In this document: positions 1 through 11,600 of the stretch, piece after piece
Position numbering within the stretch: the first letter of the stretch is position 1
How the letters are laid out: each line of letters begins with the position of its first letter
Assembly: GCF_009914755.1 (NCBI RefSeq)
Contig: NC_060941.1
Reading direction: 5' to 3' (one strand)
Length of the DNA: 64,000 nt
Source of the DNA: the human T2T-CHM13v2.0 reference genome, Homo sapiens
Notes under the pieces: model-generated
Seen by the model: only the letters and a program-made list of their open reading frames with translations
Databases searched by the model: none
What the model was told of the DNA's origin: nothing
Program-made: the position numbers and the translations under genes

Positions 1-96
1 CATTCAACTCACAGTGCTGAACCTTTCTTTGATAGTTCAGCTTTGAAACACTCTTTTTGTAGAAACTGCAAGTGGATATTTGGTCCTCTCTGAGCA

Positions 97-113
97 TTTC
101 GTTGGAAACGGGA
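97..113 (+). promoter_or_regulatory. CENP-B box, canonical; recurs every 2,715 bp
   Basis: Seen: TTTCGTTGGAAACGGGA, matching the established 17-bp CENP-B box with core nTTCGnnnnAnnCGGGn. Confidence 0.95.
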
Positions 114-433
114 TAAACTGCACAGAACTAAACAGAAGCATTCTCAGAACCTTCTTCGTGATGTCTGCATTCAACTCACAGTGTGGAACCTTTCTTTGAT
201 AGTTCAGGTTTGAAACACTCTTTTTGTAGAAACTGCAAGGGGATAATTGCACTCTTTGAGGAGTACCGTAGTAAAGGAAATAACTTCCTATAAAAAGAAG
301 ACAGAAGCTTTCTCAGAAAATTCTTTGGGATGATTGAGTTGAACTCACAGAGCTGAGCATTCCTTGCGATGTAGCAGTTTAGAAACACACTTTCTGCAGA
401 ATCTGCAAGTGCATATTTGGACCTCTGTGAGGA

Positions 434-450
434 ATTCGTTGGAAACGGGA
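434..450 (+). promoter_or_regulatory. CENP-B box overlapping the constant EcoRI site (GAATTC 432-437); recurs every 2,715 bp
   Basis: Seen: ATTCGTTGGAAACGGGA with all core bases intact. Confidence 0.93.
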
Positions 451-599
451 TAATTTCAGCTGACTAAACAGAAGCAGTCTCAGAATCTTCTTTGTGATGT
501 TTGCATTCAAATCCCCGAGTTGAACTTTCCTTTCAAAGTTCACGTTTGAAACACTCTTTTTGCAGGATCTACAAGTGGATATTTGGACCACTCTGTGTC

Positions 600-616
600 C
601 TTCGATCGAAACGGGT
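600..616 (+). promoter_or_regulatory. CENP-B box, variant form with core intact; recurs every 2,715 bp
   Basis: Seen: CTTCGATCGAAACGGGT in most units and CTTCGTTCGAAACGGGT in U12, U23 and U24. Both fit nTTCGnnnnAnnCGGGn. Confidence 0.85.
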
Positions 617-770
617 ATATCTTCACATGACATCTAGACAGAAGCATCCTCAGAAGCTTCTCTGTGATGACTGCATTCAACTCACGGAGTTGAACACTCC
701 TTTTGAGAGCGCAGTTTTGAAACTCTCTTTCTGTGGCATCTGCAAGGGGACATGTAGACCTCTTTGAAGA

Positions 771-787
771 TTTCGTTGGAAACGGAA
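771..787 (+). other. Degenerate CENP-B box (CGGG>CGGA); recurs every 2,715 bp
   Basis: Seen: TTTCGTTGGAAACGGAA with one core G lost. Reduced or no CENP-B binding is an inference. Confidence 0.85.
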
Positions 788-1283
788 TCATCTTCACATA
801 AAAACTACACAGATGCATTCTCAGGAACTTTTTGGTGATGTTTGTATTCAACTCCCAGAGTTGAACTTTCCTTTGGAAAGAGCAGCTATGAAACACTGTT
901 TTTCTAGAATCTGCAAGTGGACGTTTGGAGGGCTTTGTGGTTTGTGGTGGAAAAGGAAATATCTTCACCTAAATACTAGATAGAAGCATTCTCAGAAACT
1001 GCTTTGTGATGATTGCATTCACCTCACAGAGTTGAACATTCCTATTGATAGAGCAGTTTGGAAACACTCTTGTTGTGGAATGTGCAAGTGGAGATTTGGA
1101 GCGCTTTGAGGCCTATGGTAGTAAAGGGAATAGCTTCATAGAAAAACTAGACAGAAGCATTCTCAGAAAATACTTTGTGATGATTGAGTTTAACTCACAG
1201 AGCTGAACATTCCTTTGGATGGAGCAGGTTTGAGACACACTTTTTGTAGAATCTACAAGTGGATATTTGGACCTCTCTGAGGA

Positions 1284-1300
1284 TTTCGTTGGAAACGGGA
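1284..1300 (+). promoter_or_regulatory. CENP-B box, canonical; recurs every 2,715 bp
   Basis: Seen: TTTCGTTGGAAACGGGA. Confidence 0.95.
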
Positions 1301-1449
1301 TAACTGCACCTAACTAAACGGAAGCATTCTCAGAAACTTCTTGGTGATGTTTGCATTCAAATCCCAGAGTTGAACCTTCCTTTGATAGTTCAGGTTTGAA
1401 ACACTCTTTTTGTAGGATCTGCAAGTGGATATTTGGACCACTCTGTGGC

Positions 1450-1466
1450 CTTCGTTCGAAACGGGT
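1450..1466 (+). promoter_or_regulatory. CENP-B box, variant form with core intact; recurs every 2,715 bp
   Basis: Seen: CTTCGTTCGAAACGGGT, which fits nTTCGnnnnAnnCGGGn. Confidence 0.88.
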
Positions 1467-1620
1467 ATATCTTCGCATAAAATCTAGACAGAAGCCTTCT
1501 CAGAAACTTCTCTGTGATGATTGCATTCAACTCACAGAGTTGAACCCTCCTATGGATAGAGCAGTGTTGAAACTCTCTTTTTGTGGAATCTGCAAGTGGA
1601 TACGTGGACCTCTCCGAAGA

Positions 1621-1637
1621 TGTCTTTGGAAACGGGA
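1621..1637 (+). other. Degenerate CENP-B box (TTCG>GTCT); recurs every 2,715 bp
   Basis: Seen: TGTCTTTGGAAACGGGA with two core bases of the 5' TTCG changed. Confidence 0.85.
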
Positions 1638-1963
1638 ATATCTTCACATAAAAACTAAACAGAAGCATTCTCAGAAACTTCTCTGTGATGTTTGTGTTCA
1701 ACTCCCAGAGTTTCACATTGCTTTTCATAGAGTAGTTCTGAAACATGCTTTTCGTAGTGTCTACAAGTGGACATTTGGAGCGCTTTCAGGCCTGTGGTGG
1801 AAAACGAATTATGGTCACATAAAAACTGGAGAGAAGCATTGTCAGAAACTTCTTTGTGATGATTGCATTCAACTCACAGAGTTGAAGGTTCCTTTTCAAA
1901 GAGCAGTTTCCAATCACTCTTTCTGTGGAATCTGCAAGTGGATATTTGGACCTATTTTGAAGA

Positions 1964-1980
1964 TTTCGTTGGAAACGGGA
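1964..1980 (+). promoter_or_regulatory. CENP-B box, canonical; recurs every 2,715 bp
   Basis: Seen: TTTCGTTGGAAACGGGA. Confidence 0.95.
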
Positions 1981-2476
1981 GAATCTTCACAGGAAAGCTA
2001 AACAGAAGCATTCTCAGAAACTTCTTTGTGATGCTTGCATTCAACTCACAGAGTTGAACTTTCCTTTCGAGAGAGAAGCTTTGAAACACTCTTTTTCCAG
2101 AATCTGCAAGTGGACATTTGGAGGGCTTTGAGGCCTGTGGTGGAAAAGGAATTATCTTCCCGTAAAAGCTAGATAGAAGCATTCTCAGAAACTACTTTGT
2201 GATGATTGCATTCAAGTCACAGAGTTGAACATTCCCTTTGACAGAGCAGTTTGGAAACTCTCTTTGTGTAGAATCTGCAAGTGGAGATATGGACCGCTTT
2301 GAGGCCTATGGTAGTAAAGGAAATAGCTTCATATAAAAGCTAGACAGTAGCATTCACAGAAAACTCTTGGTGACGACTGAGTTTAACTCACAGAGCTGAA
2401 CATTCCTTTGGATGGAGCAGTTTCGAAACACACTATTTGTAGAATGTGCAAGTGGATATTTAGGCCTCTCTGAGGA

Positions 2477-2493
2477 TTTCGTTGGAAACGGGA
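2477..2493 (+). promoter_or_regulatory. CENP-B box, canonical; recurs every 2,715 bp (last base A>T in U22 and U23)
   Basis: Seen: TTTCGTTGGAAACGGGA; the copies ending at 59508 and 62223 read ...CGGGT. Confidence 0.95.
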
Positions 2494-2643
2494 TAAACCG
2501 CACAGAACTAAACAGAAGCATTCTCAGAACCTTCTTCGTGATGTTTGCATTCAACTCACAGTGTTGAACCTTTCTTTGATAGTTCAGGTTTGAAACGGTC
2601 TTTCTGTAGAAACTGCAAGTAGATATTTGGACCTCTCTGAGGA

Positions 2644-2660
2644 TTTCGTTGGAAACGGGA
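2644..2660 (+). promoter_or_regulatory. CENP-B box, canonical; recurs every 2,715 bp
   Basis: Seen: TTTCGTTGGAAACGGGA. Confidence 0.95.
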
Positions 2661-5600
2661 TAACCCGCACAGAACTAAAACAGAAGCATTCTCAGAACCC
2701 TCTTCGTGATGTTTGCATTCAACTCACAGTGCTGAACCTTTCTTTGATAGTTCAGCTTTGAAACACTCTTTTTGTAGAAACTGCAAGTGGATATTTGGTC
2801 CTCTCTGAGGATTTCGTTGGAAACGGGATAAACTGCACAGAACTAAACAGAAGCATTCTCAGAACCTTCTTCGTGATGTCTGCATTCAACTCACAGTGTG
2901 GAACCTTTCTTTGATAGTTCAGGTTTGAAACACTCTTTTTGTAGAAACTGCAAGGGGATAATTGCACTCTTTGAGGAGTACCGTAGTAAAGGAAATAACT
3001 TCCTATAAAAAGAAGACAGAAGCTTTCTCAGAAAATTCTTTGGGATGATTGAGTTGAACTCACAGAGCTGAGCATTCCTTGCGATGTAGCAGTTTAGAAA
3101 CACACTTTCTGCAGAATCTGCAAGTGCATATTTGGACCTCTGTGAGGAATTCGTTGGAAACGGGATAATTTCAGCTGACTAAACAGAAGCAGTCTCAGAA
3201 TCTTCTTTGTGATGTTTGCATTCAAATCCCCGAGTTGAACTTTCCTTTCAAAGTTCACGTTTGAAACACTCTTTTTGCAGGATCTACAAGTGGATATTTG
3301 GACCACTCTGTGTCCTTCGATCGAAACGGGTATATCTTCACATGACATCTAGACAGAAGCATCCTCAGAAGCTTCTCTGTGATGACTGCATTCAACTCAC
3401 GGAGTTGAACACTCCTTTTGAGAGCGCAGTTTTGAAACTCTCTTTCTGTGGCATCTGCAAGGGGACATGTAGACCTCTTTGAAGATTTCGTTGGAAACGG
3501 AATCATCTTCACATAAAAACTACACAGATGCATTCTCAGGAACTTTTTGGTGATGTTTGTATTCAACTCCCAGAGTTGAACTTTCCTTTGGAAAGAGCAG
3601 CTATGAAACACTGTTTTTCTAGAATCTGCAAGTGGACGTTTGGAGGGCTTTGTGGTTTGTGGTGGAAAAGGAAATATCTTCACCTAAATACTAGATAGAA
3701 GCATTCTCAGAAACTGCTTTGTGATGATTGCATTCACCTCACAGAGTTGAACATTCCTATTGATAGAGCAGTTTGGAAACACTCTTGTTGTGGAATGTGC
3801 AAGTGGAGATTTGGAGCGCTTTGAGGCCTATGGTAGTAAAGGGAATAGCTTCATAGAAAAACTAGACAGAAGCATTCTCAGAAAATACTTTGTGATGATT
3901 GAGTTTAACTCACAGAGCTGAACATTCCTTTGGATGGAGCAGGTTTGAGACACACTTTTTGTAGAATCTACAAGTGGATATTTGGACCTCTCTGAGGATT
4001 TCGTTGGAAACGGGATAACTGCACCTAACTAAACGGAAGCATTCTCAGAAACTTCTTGGTGATGTTTGCATTCAAATCCCAGAGTTGAACCTTCCTTTGA
4101 TAGTTCAGGTTTGAAACACTCTTTTTGTAGGATCTGCAAGTGGATATTTGGACCACTCTGTGGCCTTCGTTCGAAACGGGTATATCTTCGCATAAAATCT
4201 AGACAGAAGCCTTCTCAGAAACTTCTCTGTGATGATTGCATTCAACTCACAGAGTTGAACCCTCCTATGGATAGAGCAGTGTTGAAACTCTCTTTTTGTG
4301 GAATCTGCAAGTGGATACGTGGACCTCTCCGAAGATGTCTTTGGAAACGGGAATATCTTCACATAAAAACTAAACAGAAGCATTCTCAGAAACTTCTCTG
4401 TGATGTTTGTGTTCAACTCCCAGAGTTTCACATTGCTTTTCATAGAGTAGTTCTGAAACATGCTTTTCGTAGTGTCTACAAGTGGACATTTGGAGCGCTT
4501 TCAGGCCTGTGGTGGAAAACGAATTATGGTCACATAAAAACTGGAGAGAAGCATTGTCAGAAACTTCTTTGTGATGATTGCATTCAACTCACAGAGTTGA
4601 AGGTTCCTTTTCAAAGAGCAGTTTCCAATCACTCTTTCTGTGGAATCTGCAAGTGGATATTTGGACCTATTTTGAAGATTTCGTTGGAAACGGGAGAATC
4701 TTCACAGGAAAGCTAAACAGAAGCATTCTCAGAAACTTCTTTGTGATGCTTGCATTCAACTCACAGAGTTGAACTTTCCTTTCGAGAGAGAAGCTTTGAA
4801 ACACTCTTTTTCCAGAATCTGCAAGTGGACATTTGGAGGGCTTTGAGGCCTGTGGTGGAAAAGGAATTATCTTCCCGTAAAAGCTAGATAGAAGCATTCT
4901 CAGAAACTACTTTGTGATGATTGCATTCAAGTCACAGAGTTGAACATTCCCTTTGACAGAGCAGTTTGGAAACTCTCTTTGTGTAGAATCTGCAAGTGGA
5001 GATATGGACCGCTTTGAGGCCTATGGTAGTAAAGGAAATAGCTTCATATAAAAGCTAGACAGTAGCATTCACAGAAAACTCTTGGTGACGACTGAGTTTA
5101 ACTCACAGAGCTGAACATTCCTTTGGATGGAGCAGTTTCGAAACACACTATTTGTAGAATGTGCAAGTGGATATTTAGGCCTCTCTGAGGATTTCGTTGG
5201 AAACGGGATAAACCGCACAGAACTAAACAGAAGCATTCTCAGAACCTTCTTCGTGATGTTTGCATTCAACTCACAGTGTTGAACCTTTCTTTGATAGTTC
5301 AGGTTTGAAACGGTCTTTCTGTAGAAACTGCAAGTAGATATTTGGACCTCTCTGAGGATTTCGTTGGAAACGGGATAACCCGCACAGAACTAAAACAGAA
5401 GCATTCTCAGAACCCTCTTCGTGATGTTTGCATTCAACTCACAGTGCTGAACCTTTCTTTGATAGTTCAGCTTTGAAACACTCTTTTTGTAGAAACTGCA
5501 AGTGGATATTTGGTCCTCTCTGAGGAATTCGTTGGAAACGGGATAAACTGCACAGAACTAAACAGAAGCATTCTCAGAACCTTCTTCGTGATGTCTGCAT

Positions 5601-8600
5601 TCAACTCACAGTGTGGAACCTTTCTTTGATAGTTCAGGTTTGAAACACTCTTTTTGTAGAAACTGCAAGGGGATAATTGCACTCTTTGAGGAGTACCGTA
5701 GTAAAGGAAATAACTTCCTATAAAAAGAAGACAGAAGCTTTCTCAGAAAATTCTTTGGGATGATTGAGTTGAACTCACAGAGCTGAGCATTCCTTGCGAT
5801 GTAGCAGTTTAGAAACACACTTTCTGCAGAATCTGCAAGTGCATATTTGGACCTCTGTGAGGAATTCGTTGGAAACGGGATAATTTCAGCTGACTAAACA
5901 GAAGCAGTCTCAGAATCTTCTTTGTGATGTTTGCATTCAAATCCCCGAGTTGAACTTTCCTTTCAAAGTTCACGTTTGAAACACTCTTTTTGCAGGATCT
6001 ACAAGTGGATATTTGGACCACTCTGTGTCCTTCGATCGAAACGGGTATATCTTCACATGACATCTAGACAGAAGCATCCTCAGAAGCTTCTCTGTGATGA
6101 CTGCATTCAACTCACGGAGTTGAACACTCCTTTTGAGAGCGCAGTTTTGAAACTCTCTTTCTGTGGCATCTGCAAGGGGACATGTAGACCTCTTTGAAGA
6201 TTTCGTTGGAAACGGAATCATCTTCACATAAAAACTACACAGATGCATTCTCAGGAACTTTTTGGTGATGTTTGTATTCAACTCCCAGAGTTGAACTTTC
6301 CTTTGGAAAGAGCAGCTATGAAACACTGTTTTTCTAGAATCTGCAAGTGGACGTTTGGAGGGCTTTGTGGTTTGTGGTGGAAAAGGAAATATCTTCACCT
6401 AAATACTAGATAGAAGCATTCTCAGAAACTGCTTTGTGATGATTGCATTCACCTCACAGAGTTGAACATTCCTATTGATAGAGCAGTTTGGAAACACTCT
6501 TGTTGTGGAATGTGCAAGTGGAGATTTGGAGCGCTTTGAGGCCTATGGTAGTAAAGGGAATAGCTTCATAGAAAAACTAGACAGAAGCATTCTCAGAAAA
6601 TACTTTGTGATGATTGAGTTTAACTCACAGAGCTGAACATTCCTTTGGATGGAGCAGGTTTGAGACACACTTTTTGTAGAATCTACAAGTGGATATTTGG
6701 ACCTCTCTGAGGATTTCGTTGGAAACGGGATAACTGCACCTAACTAAACGGAAGCATTCTCAGAAACTTCTTGGTGATGTTTGCATTCAAATCCCAGAGT
6801 TGAACCTTCCTTTGATAGTTCAGGTTTGAAACACTCTTTTTGTAGGATCTGCAAGTGGATATTTGGACCACTCTGTGGCCTTCGTTCGAAACGGGTATAT
6901 CTTCGCATAAAATCTAGACAGAAGCCTTCTCAGAAACTTCTCTGTGATGATTGCATTCAACTCACAGAGTTGAACCCTCCTATGGATAGAGCAGTGTTGA
7001 AACTCTCTTTTTGTGGAATCTGCAAGTGGATACGTGGACCTCTCCGAAGATGTCTTTGGAAACGGGAATATCTTCACATAAAAACTAAACAGAAGCATTC
7101 TCAGAAACTTCTCTGTGATGTTTGTGTTCAACTCCCAGAGTTTCACATTGCTTTTCATAGAGTAGTTCTGAAACATGCTTTTCGTAGTGTCTACAAGTGG
7201 ACATTTGGAGCGCTTTCAGGCCTGTGGTGGAAAACGAATTATGGTCACATAAAAACTGGAGAGAAGCATTGTCAGAAACTTCTTTGTGATGATTGCATTC
7301 AACTCACAGAGTTGAAGGTTCCTTTTCAAAGAGCAGTTTCCAATCACTCTTTCTGTGGAATCTGCAAGTGGATATTTGGACCTATTTTGAAGATTTCGTT
7401 GGAAACGGGAGAATCTTCACAGGAAAGCTAAACAGAAGCATTCTCAGAAACTTCTTTGTGATGCTTGCATTCAACTCACAGAGTTGAACTTTCCTTTCGA
7501 GAGAGAAGCTTTGAAACACTCTTTTTCCAGAATCTGCAAGTGGACATTTGGAGGGCTTTGAGGCCTGTGGTGGAAAAGGAATTATCTTCCCGTAAAAGCT
7601 AGATAGAAGCATTCTCAGAAACTACTTTGTGATGATTGCATTCAAGTCACAGAGTTGAACATTCCCTTTGACAGAGCAGTTTGGAAACTCTCTTTGTGTA
7701 GAATCTGCAAGTGGAGATATGGACCGCTTTGAGGCCTATGGTAGTAAAGGAAATAGCTTCATATAAAAGCTAGACAGTAGCATTCACAGAAAACTCTTGG
7801 TGACGACTGAGTTTAACTCACAGAGCTGAACATTCCTTTGGATGGAGCAGTTTCGAAACACACTATTTGTAGAATGTGCAAGTGGATATTTAGGCCTCTC
7901 TGAGGATTTCGTTGGAAACGGGATAAACCGCACAGAACTAAACAGAAGCATTCTCAGAACCTTCTTCGTGATGTTTGCATTCAACTCACAGTGTTGAACC
8001 TTTCTTTGATAGTTCAGGTTTGAAACGGTCTTTCTGTAGAAACTGCAAGTAGATATTTGGACCTCTCTGAGGATTTCGTTGGAAACGGGATAACCCGCAC
8101 AGAACTAAAACAGAAGCATTCTCAGAACCCTCTTCGTGATGTTTGCATTCAACTCACAGTGCTGAACCTTTCTTTGATAGTTCAGCTTTGAAACACTCTT
8201 TTTGTAGAAACTGCAAGTGGATATTTGGTCCTCTCTGAGGAATTCGTTGGAAACGGGATAAACTGCACAGAACTAAACAGAAGCATTCTCAGAACCTTCT
8301 TCGTGATGTCTGCATTCAACTCACAGTGTGGAACCTTTCTTTGATAGTTCAGGTTTGAAACACTCTTTTTGTAGAAACTGCAAGGGGATAATTGCACTCT
8401 TTGAGGAGTACCGTAGTAAAGGAAATAACTTCCTATAAAAAGAAGACAGAAGCTTTCTCAGAAAATTCTTTGGGATGATTGAGTTGAACTCACAGAGCTG
8501 AGCATTCCTTGCGATGTAGCAGTTTAGAAACACACTTTCTGCAGAATCTGCAAGTGCATATTTGGACCTCTGTGAGGAATTCGTTGGAAACGGGATAATT

Positions 8601-11600
8601 TCAGCTGACTAAACAGAAGCAGTCTCAGAATCTTCTTTGTGATGTTTGCATTCAAATCCCCGAGTTGAACTTTCCTTTCAAAGTTCACGTTTGAAACACT
8701 CTTTTTGCAGGATCTACAAGTGGATATTTGGACCACTCTGTGTCCTTCGATCGAAACGGGTATATCTTCACATGACATCTAGACAGAAGCATCCTCAGAA
8801 GCTTCTCTGTGATGACTGCATTCAACTCACGGAGTTGAACACTCCTTTTGAGAGCGCAGTTTTGAAACTCTCTTTCTGTGGCATCTGCAAGGGGACATGT
8901 AGACCTCTTTGAAGATTTCGTTGGAAACGGAATCATCTTCACATAAAAACTACACAGATGCATTCTCAGGAACTTTTTGGTGATGTTTGTATTCAACTCC
9001 CAGAGTTGAACTTTCCTTTGGAAAGAGCAGCTATGAAACACTGTTTTTCTAGAATCTGCAAGTGGACGTTTGGAGGGCTTTGTGGTTTGTGGTGGAAAAG
9101 GAAATATCTTCACCTAAATACTAGATAGAAGCATTCTCAGAAACTGCTTTGTGATGATTGCATTCACCTCACAGAGTTGAACATTCCTATTGATAGAGCA
9201 GTTTGGAAACACTCTTGTTGTGGAATGTGCAAGTGGAGATTTGGAGCGCTTTGAGGCCTATGGTAGTAAAGGGAATAGCTTCATAGAAAAACTAGACAGA
9301 AGCATTCTCAGAAAATACTTTGTGATGATTGAGTTTAACTCACAGAGCTGAACATTCCTTTGGATGGAGCAGGTTTGAGACACACTTTTTGTAGAATCTA
9401 CAAGTGGATATTTGGACCTCTCTGAGGATTTCGTTGGAAACGGGATAACTGCACCTAACTAAACGGAAGCATTCTCAGAAACTTCTTGGTGATGTTTGCA
9501 TTCAAATCCCAGAGTTGAACCTTCCTTTGATAGTTCAGGTTTGAAACACTCTTTTTGTAGGATCTGCAAGTGGATATTTGGACCACTCTGTGGCCTTCGT
9601 TCGAAACGGGTATATCTTCGCATAAAATCTAGACAGAAGCCTTCTCAGAAACTTCTCTGTGATGATTGCATTCAACTCACAGAGTTGAACCCTCCTATGG
9701 ATAGAGCAGTGTTGAAACTCTCTTTTTGTGGAATCTGCAAGTGGATACGTGGACCTCTCCGAAGATGTCTTTGGAAACGGGAATATCTTCACATAAAAAC
9801 TAAACAGAAGCATTCTCAGAAACTTCTCTGTGATGTTTGTGTTCAACTCCCAGAGTTTCACATTGCTTTTCATAGAGTAGTTCTGAAACATGCTTTTCGT
9901 AGTGTCTACAAGTGGACATTTGGAGCGCTTTCAGGCCTGTGGTGGAAAACGAATTATGGTCACATAAAAACTGGAGAGAAGCATTGTCAGAAACTTCTTT
10001 GTGATGATTGCATTCAACTCACAGAGTTGAAGGTTCCTTTTCAAAGAGCAGTTTCCAATCACTCTTTCTGTGGAATCTGCAAGTGGATATTTGGACCTAT
10101 TTTGAAGATTTCGTTGGAAACGGGAGAATCTTCACAGGAAAGCTAAACAGAAGCATTCTCAGAAACTTCTTTGTGATGCTTGCATTCAACTCACAGAGTT
10201 GAACTTTCCTTTCGAGAGAGAAGCTTTGAAACACTCTTTTTCCAGAATCTGCAAGTGGACATTTGGAGGGCTTTGAGGCCTGTGGTGGAAAAGGAATTAT
10301 CTTCCCGTAAAAGCTAGATAGAAGCATTCTCAGAAACTACTTTGTGATGATTGCATTCAAGTCACAGAGTTGAACATTCCCTTTGACAGAGCAGTTTGGA
10401 AACTCTCTTTGTGTAGAATCTGCAAGTGGAGATATGGACCGCTTTGAGGCCTATGGTAGTAAAGGAAATAGCTTCATATAAAAGCTAGACAGTAGCATTC
10501 ACAGAAAACTCTTGGTGACGACTGAGTTTAACTCACAGAGCTGAACATTCCTTTGGATGGAGCAGTTTCGAAACACACTATTTGTAGAATGTGCAAGTGG
10601 ATATTTAGGCCTCTCTGAGGATTTCGTTGGAAACGGGATAAACCGCACAGAACTAAACAGAAGCATTCTCAGAACCTTCTTCGTGATGTTTGCATTCAAC
10701 TCACAGTGTTGAACCTTTCTTTGATAGTTCAGGTTTGAAACGGTCTTTCTGTAGAAACTGCAAGTAGATATTTGGACCTCTCTGAGGATTTCGTTGGAAA
10801 CGGGATAACCCGCACAGAACTAAAACAGAAGCATTCTCAGAACCCTCTTCGTGATGTTTGCATTCAACTCACAGTGCTGAACCTTTCTTTGATAGTTCAG
10901 CTTTGAAACACTCTTTTTGTAGAAACTGCAAGTGGATATTTGGTCCTCTCTGAGCATTTCGTTGGAAACGGGATAAACTGCACAGAACTAAACAGAAGCA
11001 TTCTCAGAACCTTCTTCGTGATGTCTGCATTCAACTCACAGTGTGGAACCTTTCTTTGATAGTTCAGGTTTGAAACACTCTTTTTGTAGAAACTGCAAGG
11101 GGATAATTGCACTCTTTGAGGAGTACCGTAGTAAAGGAAATAACTTCCTATAAAAAGAAGACAGAAGCTTTCTCAGAAAATTCTTTGGGATGATTGAGTT
11201 GAACTCACAGAGCTGAGCATTCCTTGCGATGTAGCAGTTTAGAAACACATTTTCTGCAGAATCTGCAAGTGCATATTTGGACCTCTGTGAGGAATTCGTT
11301 GGAAACGGGATAATTTCAGCTGACTAAACAGAAGCAGTCTCAGAATCTTCTTTGTGATGTTTGCATTCAAATCCCCGAGTTGAACTTTCCTTTCAAAGTT
11401 CACGTTTGAAACACTCTTTTTGCAGGATCTACAAGTGGATATTTGGACCACTCTGTGTCCTTCGATCGAAACGGGTATATCTTCACATGACATCTAGACA
11501 GAAGCATCCTCAGAAGCTTCTCTGTGATGACTGCATTCAACTCACGGAGTTGAACACTCCTTTTGGGAGCGCAGTTTTGAAACTCTCTTTCTGTGGCATC

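Larger units (their letters stand above)
139..2853 (+). repeat. One representative HOR unit resolved into 16 monomers
   Basis: Seen: monomer starts at the C of (GAAG)CATTCTCAG-like motifs are 139, 308, 475, 645, 816, 987, 1158, 1325, 1495, 1666, 1837, 2009, 2180, 2351, 2519, 2687 and next 2854. Lengths are 169,167,170,171,171,171,167,170,171,171,172,171,171,168,168,167, which sum to 2,715. Confidence 0.93.
2465..2954 (+). repeat. Internal triplication of a ~167-bp monomer within each HOR
   Basis: Seen: three consecutive near-identical copies of CCTCTCTGAGGATTTCGTTGGAAACGGGATAA..GCACAGAACTAAACAGAAGCATTCTCAGAACC.TCTTCGTGATGT.TGCATTCAACTCACAGTG..GAACCTTTCTTTGATAGTTCAG.TTTGAAAC..GTAGAAACTGCAAG. 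Boundaries are approximate. Confidence 0.9.

Noticed and set aside
289-296. TATAAAAA TATA-like motif once per HOR (similar at ~2332)
   Set aside because: It is the ordinary A-tract at the monomer end (CACATAAAAACT consensus). There is no sequence evidence for a promoter.
1526-1545. Inverted repeat TTCAACTC-ACA-GAGTTGAA in many monomers as a terminator or ncRNA hairpin
   Set aside because: It is a known dyad of the alpha-satellite consensus present in most monomers. It is not specific to this window and is not evidence of an RNA gene.
1351-2001. 216-aa ORF with repeated Cys/His-rich motifs (LCDDCIQLTEL, FCGICKW) that stays open in all 23 complete units
   Set aside because: It is the translation of four consecutive alpha-satellite monomers; lengths near 171 bp largely preserve frame. 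The start at 1351 is TTG, not ATG. Persistence is explained by near-identity of the units, not by coding constraint. It is not a zinc-finger gene.
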